This document shows, one piece after another, positions 1-8,530 of a DNA stretch of 64,000 bases (within the stretch, counting starts at the first letter, position 1; each line of letters starts with the position of its first letter). Position numbers and translations under genes: made by a program. Source of the stretch: Candidatus Latescibacterota bacterium (GTDB taxonomy: Bacteria > Latescibacterota > UBA2968 > GCA-2709665). A model generated the notes under the pieces. The model did not search any database. It was not told the origin of the DNA and was given only the letters and a program-made list of their open reading frames with translations. The stretch lies in the NCBI GenBank assembly GCA_965205485.1, contig OZ242180.1, forward strand, positions 800,001-864,000. Direction: 5' to 3'.

Positions 1-499
1 GGTACCGCACGTCGTAGTTCCTGATCAGAGGACCGTCACCGGTCGGCGCCTTCCAGAGCAAAGACACGTTCGTCGTCGTCACGCCCGTCACCGTGGGCGA
101 CACCGGAGGAAGTGGGGGAGGAGGCGGCGGCGGTGGCGGGGGAGGTGGTGGCGGCGGTGAAGCTGAGGTCGACGCGCCCTCGAAGACCCAGGGCCGTGCC
201 TGCTTGATCGCCAGGATGTTCTCGCTCGTGATCTTGAACTCGATCTCCATCGCGAAAGGATCGCCGGATGCGGGATTGTACAAGGTCTTGAAGTGGTCGT
301 GGATTACCGTGAGATGCCGGCTCAACTGGTACCTCTGGTCGTCGCTCATAAGGAGTTGGCCAGGTTCCGCCAGACTTGATGTCGCCAAAACTCTGGTCCC
401 TCCGGACCGGTCCAGTATGACTTCCTCCGGTACCGAGTGCGCATCGGGATTGGTGACCAGGTCTTCGCCGAGCTGCGTATTGATATAGTATCGACCGTC
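1..499 (-). CDS. C-terminal continuation (partial, runs off the window) of the PEP/pyruvate-binding-domain protein: end of ATP-grasp domain, 15-Pro linker, start of a fibronectin type III-like domain
   Basis: Manual translation in the frame shifted by 1 from the 498..2699 ORF gives DGRYYINTQLGEDLVTNP...FAMEIEFKITSENILAIKQARPW (typical PPDK_N end), then P15-LPP, then VTTTNVSLLWKAPTGDGPLIRNYDVRY (Fn3-like). No stop to the window edge. Confidence 0.8.
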
Positions 500-2699
500 A
501 ATTGCCATCTATGAGGTTGAAGCTGACCGCCACGCCGTTGGCCCGTTCGTCCTTGTAATTGGGATGTACAAGCACCCCCATTGCCGCCTCGAGGTGATCG
601 ATGCGATGAAAGTCCCGTTCAACGAAGGCGCGGAAGTTCCACATACCCGCAAACACCTGCTTGAGTGACTTGGCGATGCCGTCCTCCTCGGTCTCGTGCA
701 CGTACTGCGTCTTCGATTCATAGAGACCCGCGCCGTTGAAGCCCGAGAGGTCTTCGTTGTTCGTGCTGGACCGGTAGCGCAACGACTGCCCTTCGGGATA
801 CGTGGCGTGCATCACCGCCAGCGAATCGATCATCCACTGCGGCGCGGCCGCGTTCCTGATCGCTTTGCGCATAGCATTGAGCGAATCCGACTGAACATCG
901 AAATCCGATTGAAAATCAGCACCGGCCAACATCGTCCGGATGCGATCGTAGAATCCATGCGCCTTCATGAACTCGTCATAGAAATAGAACGGAATCGCGA
1001 ACCCATCGGGGACCGTTCCCGTCGGAAACCCCAGGGTTCCGAGCACGGCGACATTGGCCGCCTTGACGCCGAACGCCTTCCAGTCACTGAAGCCTATGTC
1101 ACTCAGAGGCGCGATCTTCCGGACCGACAGGTCCCGCTGCGGCGTTTGTGCGCGGGCCGGCCTGGAATCCGCGTAGTGTTCGTCAGCTTCCGTGCGGGTG
1201 GCAGACCGCAGGCTCCATCCGTCTTCGTTCACCTCGAAGCGAACGTAGCCGCCCAGGTGGGCATTGATTTCGGTCTTGTCGAGCGCATCGCGGATGAAAG
1301 CGTTGGGAATGCCGTCCTGCACGGCGCGCAGGTTGACGTGGGAGAGTGGCGTCTGGGGTACGGTGGAGATGATGCCGGCGACGCGTGGCAACTCGTTCGG
1401 CAACGCCTCGTAGAGCACAATGTCGCGCGGGTGGGGCCGTTCGTCCGGCCGGATGACCCGCAATAGGCCGAACCCCTCTCCAGGATTCAGTGCAAGAAAA
1501 CCGGTCTCGGTGTAGATATCATCGTCGAACACGAGATTGATGCGGGAACCCCGGTACAACGGCAGGGCGGATTGGGAAAACGTCAGCGCATAATTCGGCA
1601 GATGCAAGGCCAGGTTGTCATTCAGCAGCGGCATGTTGGCCGAAAGCACCGTATAGGAACGCGCTCCAATGTCGAACTGATGATAAGAGCTTTTCTGATA
1701 CAACCTGTACCGGTAGACGCCACGGTTGCCATCCGGGGCAACGAGGTCCGGGTCATAGGCGATCTCACCCGAGAACATGCCGTCCTGGCCCAACTGGAGT
1801 CCGACGGCATCCAGGAAGCGCGCATGCGCGGAAAACGTGTTGGTGTTGATGAAATAGACAGCAGGACGGGTGGTGTTGAGGTCTGGGATAACAAACTTGA
1901 GGTACCACGTGAGACGTTCACGGAAGGCGAGCCTCTCGAATGTGTTCCGATCCGAAATGACTACAGCGCCATCGTCAATCGGTATGCCCGCGGCGGCGTT
2001 AAGGGGATTGAGACTGTCCGGCGCCGCCAATTCGGTGATGTCGTCAATGCAATCGCCGTCCACGTCGGCCGGGTCCGCTACGAGATATTTCTCTACCCGG
2101 TAACGCTCCATTGGCTGGGCTTGCACATTTTCCTTCAGCGTGGTCGTGCCCGCTTCCCCCAGTTTCACCAGAACCGGCAGCTCCACATCCGTGCCATCAA
2201 CGTCGTGCTTCACATACAGCACGAAATAGTCCGCGGCCGTTGACGTGACCTCGATGGGCACCGACGTCACCGCCACTTCCACCGAGTCCGGGCTGTACGC
2301 GCCGTCGCACGGGTCACTGCCCTGGGCGAAAGCGGAGGTGACCAGGGAGACCGAAGCAAAGAGCAACGGAACCACGCCTCGCACGACGCGACGTACAATC
2401 CGGATGAAAGGGGCAACGTGACGGATTTCGAACACGGCGATTGGAGGGAAACACGGCTTCATCTCGGTACTCTCGTTCTCCGGAATGGATCGAACGTCAA
2501 TCGGCAAGGCGAACAAGCGGTGTTCTCCTGGTGGCACCGTGAAACGCTGTGTACCGGACGCGTACCACACCGTCGGTCCCGCGTATTCAATGGCGGGCGC
2601 GGACGATGCGGCGACCGTACCCGGCAGGCACAGCAGCACCAGGCAGCACGTCGCCAGCCAATACGAGGCGGGTGACCGAGGTACATAGCGTCTCTTCAT
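498..2699 (-). CDS. Secreted PEP/pyruvate-binding (PPDK_N, ATP-grasp) domain protein, N-terminal part; frameshifted near 500
   Basis: Motifs FGVKAAN, VPDGFAIPF, RYRSSTNNEDLSGFNGAGLYES, SLKQVFAGMWNFRA, MGVLVH, ANGVA. Signal-peptide-like N-terminus. RBS AAGGAG before ATG 2699; alternative ATG at 2462. Confidence 0.8.
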   Translation of the reverse strand: MKRRYVPRSPASYWLATCCLVLLCLPGTVAASSAPAIEYAGPTVWYASGTQRFTVPPGEHRLFALPIDVRSIPENESTEMKPCFPPIAVFEIRHVAPFIRIVRRVVRGVVPLLFASVSLVTSAFAQGSDPCDGAYSPDSVEVAVTSVPIEVTSTAADYFVLYVKHDVDGTDVELPVLVKLGEAGTTTLKENVQAQPMERYRVEKYLVADPADVDGDCIDDITELAAPDSLNPLNAAAGIPIDDGAVVISDRNTFERLAFRERLTWYLKFVIPDLNTTRPAVYFINTNTFSAHARFLDAVGLQLGQDGMFSGEIAYDPDLVAPDGNRGVYRYRLYQKSSYHQFDIGARSYTVLSANMPLLNDNLALHLPNYALTFSQSALPLYRGSRINLVFDDDIYTETGFLALNPGEGFGLLRVIRPDERPHPRDIVLYEALPNELPRVAGIISTVPQTPLSHVNLRAVQDGIPNAFIRDALDKTEINAHLGGYVRFEVNEDGWSLRSATRTEADEHYADSRPARAQTPQRDLSVRKIAPLSDIGFSDWKAFGVKAANVAVLGTLGFPTGTVPDGFAIPFYFYDEFMKAHGFYDRIRTMLAGADFQSDFDVQSDSLNAMRKAIRNAAAPQWMIDSLAVMHATYPEGQSLRYRSSTNNEDLSGFNGAGLYESKTQYVHETEEDGIAKSLKQVFAGMWNFRAFVERDFHRIDHLEAAMGVLVHPNYKDERANGVAVSFNLIDGN

Positions 2700-2778
2700 G
2701 ACGTTATTACTCCTTTCGCGTCAATCACCCGTCGTTCCGGTATTTCCCTTGCCGCCACCAACACGCGCTGCGGACCGA

Positions 2779-3400
2779 GACCCCTCCCCCGGCCCCTCCC
2801 CGGCGCGGACAGGGGTGCAGTGCCTGACGTGCTGCCTCTCAGGTATCGACATGCGCAAGTCGCGCAGGGGTGATCCCATGCCGCAGTAGATCCTTCGTCA
2901 GCCGGCCTGCCAATGATTCGCCTGGCAGGCCGGCTGACGAAGGATGACAGGTTGTGCCAGCGGGTGATGGACTGGTTTCTCCTATGGCTATCGCAAAGCA
3001 TGTCAATGTGAGCGACGTCGAAACGCCCTTATCAATACGTGGTCATTGCCTGTGCTGAGCTTGTCGAAGCAAGCTTGTCGAAATGCCCGTATTTCGGGAT
3101 CCCGTCGACACCTCTCCCAAGCCTCGCGTCTTCCTCAGAGGGATAGCGAACCGGGCAGACAGGAATGTCCGCCCCACCCTCACATGCGCGTCCTGACAGT
3201 GCAGGCGCCCACAAGGGACGGGCCTACCCCCCATCAGCGTGCACACCGTCGCCGGCATTGGCCCTGGCGTGCCGGTTGAAGTCGCCCGGCGAGAGCCCAC
3301 GGCGGGAAGCGGAGAGCGATCCGGACCTGGTCGCCCCCGGCAACATAGAGATTCCGGGTGAGGGAGAACCCCCGGGGTGCGCAAAGGGCGACCAGGTTGC
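2779..3400. repeat. Cluster of REP-like palindromic elements, including a perfect 23-bp inverted repeat at 2890-2945
   Basis: ATCCTTCGTCAGCCGGCCTGCCA (2890-2912) / TGGCAGGCCGGCTGACGAAGGAT (2923-2945). Also CTGAGCTTGTCGAAG, GGCAGACAGGAATGTCCGCCCCAC and CCCCTCCCCCGGCCCCTCCCC motifs. No credible CDS. Confidence 0.6.
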
Positions 3401-3491
3401 GAATTCTGATTTCCAGTAGAGCGGCATTCCCTGTCAAGACCGGCATCCGGTTCAGCGCATAGTTGTGCATCTCGCGTGGCCCTATATAAGG

Positions 3492-3506
3492 GCAATTCCT
3501 GTGCCA
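3492..3506 (-). promoter_or_regulatory. Sigma54 (-24/-12) promoter
   Basis: Minus strand TGGCAC-AGGAA-TTGC, an exact match to the TGGCAC-N5-TTGC consensus, just downstream of a sigma54 activator gene. Confidence 0.8.
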
Positions 3507-3534
3507 TGCGTATCGCGGGGAATAGGAATGATTG

Positions 3535-3714
3535 TAAGATACTGTTTTTATTCAGGATATAATCGCATCAAGGCACAACAACCGAAAAACAAAAAGCCAG
3601 GCTGACCGCAAAAGGTCGATATATCGACCATTCACAATCAGCCTGGCTCGTTTATTGCCTTAAAAACAGTAAGTTATGCGTAAAGGGCGATATATCGCCC
3701 TTTACGATATCTCG
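3535..3714. promoter_or_regulatory. Putative enhancer region: three CGATATATCG boxes and two inverted IHF-like sites
   Basis: Palindromes GGTCGATATATCGACC (3614-3629) and CGTAAAGGGCGATATATCGCCCTTTACG (3679-3706), plus CGATATCTCG (3705-3714). TAAAAACAGTAnnTTA occurs at 3661-3676 (+) and 3535-3550 (-). Confidence 0.6.
3585..3648 (-). terminator. Probable intrinsic terminator of the activator gene, enclosing one enhancer box
   Basis: 11-bp arms AGCCAGGCTGA (3595-3605) / TCAGCCTGGCT (3638-3648), followed on the minus strand by a T-rich run. Confidence 0.45.
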
Positions 3715-3794
3715 ACCCTTGCTGTTGAACGGCGGACGCCGTCATTCAAGGCGGCGATACGGGCCTCGGTGTACGTTCAACCGTCAACGCTCTT

Positions 3795-6700
3795 TCAACT
3801 GAAGGACTGACGCGCTCGATTGATGATGCCCAGTTTCTTCATGCGGCTATACAGCGTGGAAGACGGCAGTCCCAGCCGCGCAGCCGCACCGTCTTCCCCC
3901 TTTATCTTCCAGTTGGTCCCCTGTAGCACCGCAAGAATGTAGTGGCGTTCAAGCGCATCCAAAGGCACGAGTTCCAGGTCCGGGAAAGTGGGCCGGGCGC
4001 CTGGCGGGGGGAGATCCGAACGCTCAATCTGAGGATCAATCTTGCGAAGTCCAAGGTCCTCCTCTCCGATCCGAGGACCCTGGCACGCAATGACGGCACG
4101 CTGCATGGTGTGCTCCAGTTCACGTACATTCCCCGGCCAATGGTAGGCCTGCAGCGCCTCCAAAGCCTCCGTCGTCAAGGCGCCGATCCGCCTGTCCAGA
4201 TGCGCCGCCATCCGATCCTTGAAATAGTTGGCGAGGAGGTCTATATCCTCCCGGCGCTCACGCAGTGGGGGCAATAAGAGAGGAAACGCCTGAAAGCGGT
4301 AATAAAGGTCCTCGCGGAAATCGCCAGCGCTGACCAACAGCTCCAGATTGCGATTGGTCGCCGCCAAAACGCGCGTCTGCAAAGTCAGCGTCCGGCTTCC
4401 CCCTACGCGCTCGAACGTCCTTTCTTCGAGGATTCGCAGCAGCCTGGCCTGCGTTTCCAGAGACATATCGCCGATTTCATCCAGAAAGAGGGTGCCGCCC
4501 GTGGCGAGTTCCACTTTGCCCAGCCGGCGGGAAACGGCGCCGGTAAAAGCGCCTCTCTCATGACCGAAGAGCTCGCTGTCGATCAGCCCTTCCGGCAAAG
4601 CGCCGCAATTGACCTGTATAAAGGGTCCGTCGCAATTGCCGCTGAGCGCATGCAGCACGCGCGCAGCCAGCCCTTTGCCCACACCCGTTTCACCCATGAT
4701 CAGAACGGTGGAATCCGTGCTCGCCACCCGTCTGAGCTTGATTTGGAATTCCTGCATGGCCGGACTCTGACCGATGAATTTCCGGTTTTCCTGACTGTTG
4801 AGCTCGATGGTCAGAGCCTCAATCCGGGGATCGGGCTGTACCGAAAGTGGCAATTGCGCGATCTGGGAGTAATTGAGGTCACGATCCACGGACCTCGCCT
4901 CGAAGGTGTAGTCTCCCGGCGGCAAGTCCTGATAATAGGCCCGCCTGTCCCTGGTCGCGGGCTGCCAGTCCGTATCGTGCCCCTTCAACCGGTAGATGTA
5001 AAGCATGTCTGAGGACGGGGTGGAAAAACTCTGACCTTTGTACTCGAAGACCACCTGCCGGTCGGGTGTCGCGTGGATGACCTCCTCCGGGTCCTCATAG
5101 ATCCGATCGGCAATCACCTGAAGCAAGCGAATCCCCGGAGGGGTGTGCCGCGGGCGGTAACGTACGATCGTACCCGTGCTTGTGCCAAACCAGAAGGTCC
5201 CGTCGTCGCTTTCGAGTATCCGGGACGTCGGTCCTATATGCGGCGACCTTATGGCCTGGAACAACCGGCCATCGTACCGGACCACGCCGCCGTCCGTACC
5301 CATCCAGATATGCCCTCGGCTGTCCTCGAGCAGGCAGTGGACACAGTTGTTCACCAGGCCGTCGTCAACCGTGAACATACGGATGGCGCCGCCATCGAAG
5401 CGCGCGAGACCGCCATTGGTGGCGATCCAGAGGATTCCGTGGCGGTCGATCAGCAAGTCATTGACCGTCGGATCCATCAGACCGTCTTCCTGTCCAAAAA
5501 ACCTGGTGCCATCTTCGGGATGCCAGCGCGCGAAGCCGCCGCCGCTGGAATTGCGGCTTTTCAAATGGAAATAGACCTCGCCGTCAGTCCCGGCAATGAC
5601 GGAACCAATGCGGCATAAGGAATCCTTTTCCTCATCCTTCACGAAAACGGTCCGCAACTGTCCGTTCCGAACGTAGGCGATCTTCAGTTGGCAGACGTTG
5701 CTGTCTTCTGTTTCGTAGCTGGGTCCGCGTTCCCAGTAGCCGAACAGAAATCGCCCTTCGTGGTCCTGAGCAATCGCGCAGATGCTCTTTTTCTCCATTC
5801 CCACTATCGGACTGCTCTTTATCAGTTCCCGTCCGTCGTAGCGGAACAGGCCATCGAGCCCGCCGAACCACAGGTTTCCCTCGAGGTCCTCGCAGACGGC
5901 CAGACAGTTATTGATGTCATGGCCGCACGCGGCTTCGACGAAATCAAAGTCCTCGCCATCGAAGCGGGCAATGCTCTTTCCCGGCGCCTGGTAGAAGACG
6001 GGAGACGCATACGTGACCCATATGTCATCTTCCCTGTCCCGAACGAGTTGCGAGATCACGTTCGGATTTGTCGGGCATTTCGCAGTGAGGTCGAAAACGC
6101 TGATACTGTGTGGGTCGTAAAGCCCGACGCCGCCCCGGGTGGCGAACCAGAACCGATGCTCCCCATCTTGAAACACGGCTCGGACTTCCGGACTCGGGAG
6201 GCCGTCGGCAGGAGTGAATCTGCGAAACGTGTCGTCATCCTGGTAGAGTACCCCTCGCTTGGTGCAGAACCACCCCCTACCATCCCGGTCGCATTGAATT
6301 CTCGCGAGGCCGCCTCCCACGTCCACCTGAACAGACTCAAAAGCGGGATCGTCATAGCAATAGAGCGCGTCTTGACTTCGGGGAAGGCCAATCCACACCT
6401 TGCCGGCGTGGCCCCGGCCGACGACGTAGCCGATTTGTGCCTGGGGGAATCCCTCTTCCTCCTCATAGCGGCGGAAGGACTCGCCATCGAAGCGTACGGG
6501 ATGGTCGAATCCGAACCACAGATGGCCTTGGCGATCCTGGGTAATACCTCGACATTCGTTGGACCACCGGGGAGACGGCGGTTGCTTGTAGCGTTGGCGA
6601 TACAGCGCAATCAGATCGTGGAACTCAGAGCCACTGTAATACCCCACGGTGCCGATACCACCGCACCATATTCGGCCACGATCGTCTTCGTAAAGGGACT

Positions 6701-7022
6701 GCACGGACCGGCCGGAAATGCCGTTGTCTTCCAAATGGTGAAAAGAGGTCCCATCGTACCAGCAGACACCATTCATTGTAGCGAACCACAACCGGTCCTG
6801 GCAGTCTTTGAGTACGGAATAGACCCAGTTACTACACACACCGTCCTGCGTCGTTAACGGCAGGAACTCCTCTCCGTCATAACGGACGACGCCATTGTCG
6901 CGCATGGCAAACCAGAGATGGCCCGCGCTGTCGTCGGCCACGTCATGGACGCGCATGCCGGGCAGACCGTTGTCAACGGTATAGGTCCGCCAGGTGCCGG
7001 TGCGGTCAAGGGGCTTGATCAT
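3795..7022 (-). CDS. Sigma54-dependent transcriptional activator with N-terminal two-component-regulator beta-propeller repeats and Y_Y_Y domain
   Basis: Repeated D..G.lWf.T.GG..rYDG blades; YIYRLKGHDTDW...YQDLPPGDYTFEARS (Y_Y_Y); GETGVGKG, GAFTGA, LFLDEIG, FREDLYYR, WPGNVREL; FhlA-like HTH at the C-terminus. ATG 7022 preferred. Confidence 0.92.
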   Translation of the reverse strand: MIKPLDRTGTWRTYTVDNGLPGMRVHDVADDSAGHLWFAMRDNGVVRYDGEEFLPLTTQDGVCSNWVYSVLKDCQDRLWFATMNGVCWYDGTSFHHLEDNGISGRSVQSLYEDDRGRIWCGGIGTVGYYSGSEFHDLIALYRQRYKQPPSPRWSNECRGITQDRQGHLWFGFDHPVRFDGESFRRYEEEEGFPQAQIGYVVGRGHAGKVWIGLPRSQDALYCYDDPAFESVQVDVGGGLARIQCDRDGRGWFCTKRGVLYQDDDTFRRFTPADGLPSPEVRAVFQDGEHRFWFATRGGVGLYDPHSISVFDLTAKCPTNPNVISQLVRDREDDIWVTYASPVFYQAPGKSIARFDGEDFDFVEAACGHDINNCLAVCEDLEGNLWFGGLDGLFRYDGRELIKSSPIVGMEKKSICAIAQDHEGRFLFGYWERGPSYETEDSNVCQLKIAYVRNGQLRTVFVKDEEKDSLCRIGSVIAGTDGEVYFHLKSRNSSGGGFARWHPEDGTRFFGQEDGLMDPTVNDLLIDRHGILWIATNGGLARFDGGAIRMFTVDDGLVNNCVHCLLEDSRGHIWMGTDGGVVRYDGRLFQAIRSPHIGPTSRILESDDGTFWFGTSTGTIVRYRPRHTPPGIRLLQVIADRIYEDPEEVIHATPDRQVVFEYKGQSFSTPSSDMLYIYRLKGHDTDWQPATRDRRAYYQDLPPGDYTFEARSVDRDLNYSQIAQLPLSVQPDPRIEALTIELNSQENRKFIGQSPAMQEFQIKLRRVASTDSTVLIMGETGVGKGLAARVLHALSGNCDGPFIQVNCGALPEGLIDSELFGHERGAFTGAVSRRLGKVELATGGTLFLDEIGDMSLETQARLLRILEERTFERVGGSRTLTLQTRVLAATNRNLELLVSAGDFREDLYYRFQAFPLLLPPLRERREDIDLLANYFKDRMAAHLDRRIGALTTEALEALQAYHWPGNVRELEHTMQRAVIACQGPRIGEEDLGLRKIDPQIERSDLPPPGARPTFPDLELVPLDALERHYILAVLQGTNWKIKGEDGAAARLGLPSSTLYSRMKKLGIINRARQSFS

Positions 7023-7111
7023 GGTAAAGGAGCCTTGCAATCGAGTGAAATCCTGCTGTTGTCACACAGCCAAGATACAAACAGTAAAACGGCGCGGGCA
7101 ACCTGAAACGA

Positions 7112-8038
7112 TCACGAGGCCAACACCATCTTCAGCAGCGCCATCCGAATGTACAGGCCGTTGTGCGCCTGCCGGAAATATGCCGCGCGGGGGTCCGTGT
7201 CCACAACCGGGTCGATCTCGTCCACGCGTGGCAGGGGGTGCATCACACGGCCGTCCTCTGACAGCGCCTCCATTACTTTCGTATCGATGACGTATCGGCC
7301 TCTGGCCGCTTCGTAGTCCACCGTGCGGTCGCCGAACCGTTCCCGCTGGATCCGTGTCTGGTAGACCACGTCGACCTTCTGTACGACCTCGATCAGATCT
7401 TCCCGTTCCTCGAAGTACACACCGTTCCGGACCAGGTATTCCTTGATGTCGGCCTTCATGCGCACCATCTCGGGCGCCACGAAATACAGCTTGACGTCGT
7501 CGTACCGGGTCAGCAGATAGGCCAGCGAACGCACCGTTCGGCCGTTGGCGAGGTCGCCCACCATCGCCACCGAAATACCGTCCAGCCGCCCGATTTCCTT
7601 CTGTATGGTATATACGTCGAGCAAAGCCTGCGTGGGATGCTGGCCGGGGCCGTCGCCGGCATTCAATACAGGCACCGACGCTACCTCTGCCGCGCGTTTT
7701 GCGGATCCCCCTTCGTAGTGCCGAAGGACGATCACGTCCGCGTATCCTTCCACAATGCGGATCGTGTCCTCAAGGGTCTCGCCTTTCGCCGCCGAGGAAA
7801 ACTCCCTGGCCGACTCCGTCGTGACCACGCTCCCCCCCAGACGAATCATTGCCGACTCGAAAGACAACCGGGTGCGGGTACTGGGTTCGTAAAACAGCGT
7901 GGCCATGATCCGGCGGTTGAGAATGCTGGACCCGTAGACGCTCACCACTTCCTCCATCTCCCTGGTCACCGCGAAAATCTCCGTCAGCAATTCCCGATTG
8001 AACTGCTGCGCCTCGACCACGTGGAACAGGCTGTCCAT
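7112..8038 (-). CDS. pyrB: Aspartate carbamoyltransferase catalytic subunit
   Basis: FYEPSTRTRLSFE, KGETLEDT, HPTQALLD, YQTRIQRERF, MHPLPR. Start MDSLFHVV with an RBS. Confidence 0.97.
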   Translation of the reverse strand: MDSLFHVVEAQQFNRELLTEIFAVTREMEEVVSVYGSSILNRRIMATLFYEPSTRTRLSFESAMIRLGGSVVTTESAREFSSAAKGETLEDTIRIVEGYADVIVLRHYEGGSAKRAAEVASVPVLNAGDGPGQHPTQALLDVYTIQKEIGRLDGISVAMVGDLANGRTVRSLAYLLTRYDDVKLYFVAPEMVRMKADIKEYLVRNGVYFEEREDLIEVVQKVDVVYQTRIQRERFGDRTVDYEAARGRYVIDTKVMEALSEDGRVMHPLPRVDEIDPVVDTDPRAAYFRQAHNGLYIRMALLKMVLAS

Positions 8039-8055
8039 CGAGTACCCTTTCTCAT

Positions 8056-8079
8056 AAAAAAAACTCCCCGTCAGGGGAG
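8056..8079 (-). terminator. Attenuator-type intrinsic terminator in the pyrB leader
   Basis: CTCCCC-TGAC-GGGGAG followed by T8, 17 nt before the pyrB ATG. Confidence 0.8.
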
Positions 8080-8145
8080 CTGAATGACAGCAGCCGGGGA
8101 GCCGGAAATCCGGGAAATTCGATTTCGTATAGAATAGATTCCCAT
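8071..8145 (-). CDS. Putative 24-aa pyrB leader peptide (MGIYSIRNRISRISGSPAAVIQLP)
   Basis: ATG lies about 10 nt after the -10 box, and the TGA stop lies in the loop of the attenuator hairpin. Confidence 0.5.
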   Translation of the reverse strand: MGIYSIRNRISRISGSPAAVIQLP

Positions 8146-8155
8146 CTAAAGGGCA

Positions 8156-8184
8156 AATATAGTCCGGCCGCACGACGTTTGCAA
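8156..8184 (-). promoter_or_regulatory. Sigma70-type promoter for the pyrB leader
   Basis: TTGCAA-17 bp-TATATT. Confidence 0.65.
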
Positions 8185-8314
8185 GTGGAAATTTTCGGAG
8201 CGGATTCAGCGGGCAACGCATGCGATATGGCAAATGCCGCCAGCCCCGGAGAGTCGTTGCGGCGCGATAACCTGCGGGGAGGGCCTCCCACCTCGAGATT
8301 CTGCCAAAAATGGG

Positions 8315-8343
8315 TTGACCGGACACCGGAAGTCCGATATATT
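8315..8343 (+). promoter_or_regulatory. Sigma70-type promoter for glyA
   Basis: TTGACC-17 bp-TATATT. Confidence 0.65.
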
Positions 8344-8530
8344 GATGTGCCGCGCGGCACCACGCGACGGTGGGGCGGATAGACGCCGCAAACCACCGCC
8401 AAGTGGAGAAAGCCGAGTCTGAAAACGAGTCAGTCCCCGGGCTTGCCGTACTGTTTTCCCGCCCGGGTTTTATTGTGTCCGGTCGCCGCCGGACGCGGAC
8501 AGTCCATCAACCGCGTGTGGGAGACAGAGA

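Noticed and set aside
93..488. Poly-Gly ORF on the + strand
   Set aside because: It is the antisense shadow of the poly-Pro linker in the minus-strand gene.
498..500. TGA as selenocysteine or readthrough
   Set aside because: Homology continues in a different frame, so this is a frameshift, not recoding.
3043..3507. Short ORFs in the promoter/leader region
   Set aside because: They overlap the sigma54 promoter and REP-like motifs, lack an RBS and have non-protein-like composition.
8039..8326. N-terminal extension of the 404-aa pyrB ORF
   Set aside because: It covers the promoter and attenuator; homology begins at MDSLFH (8038).
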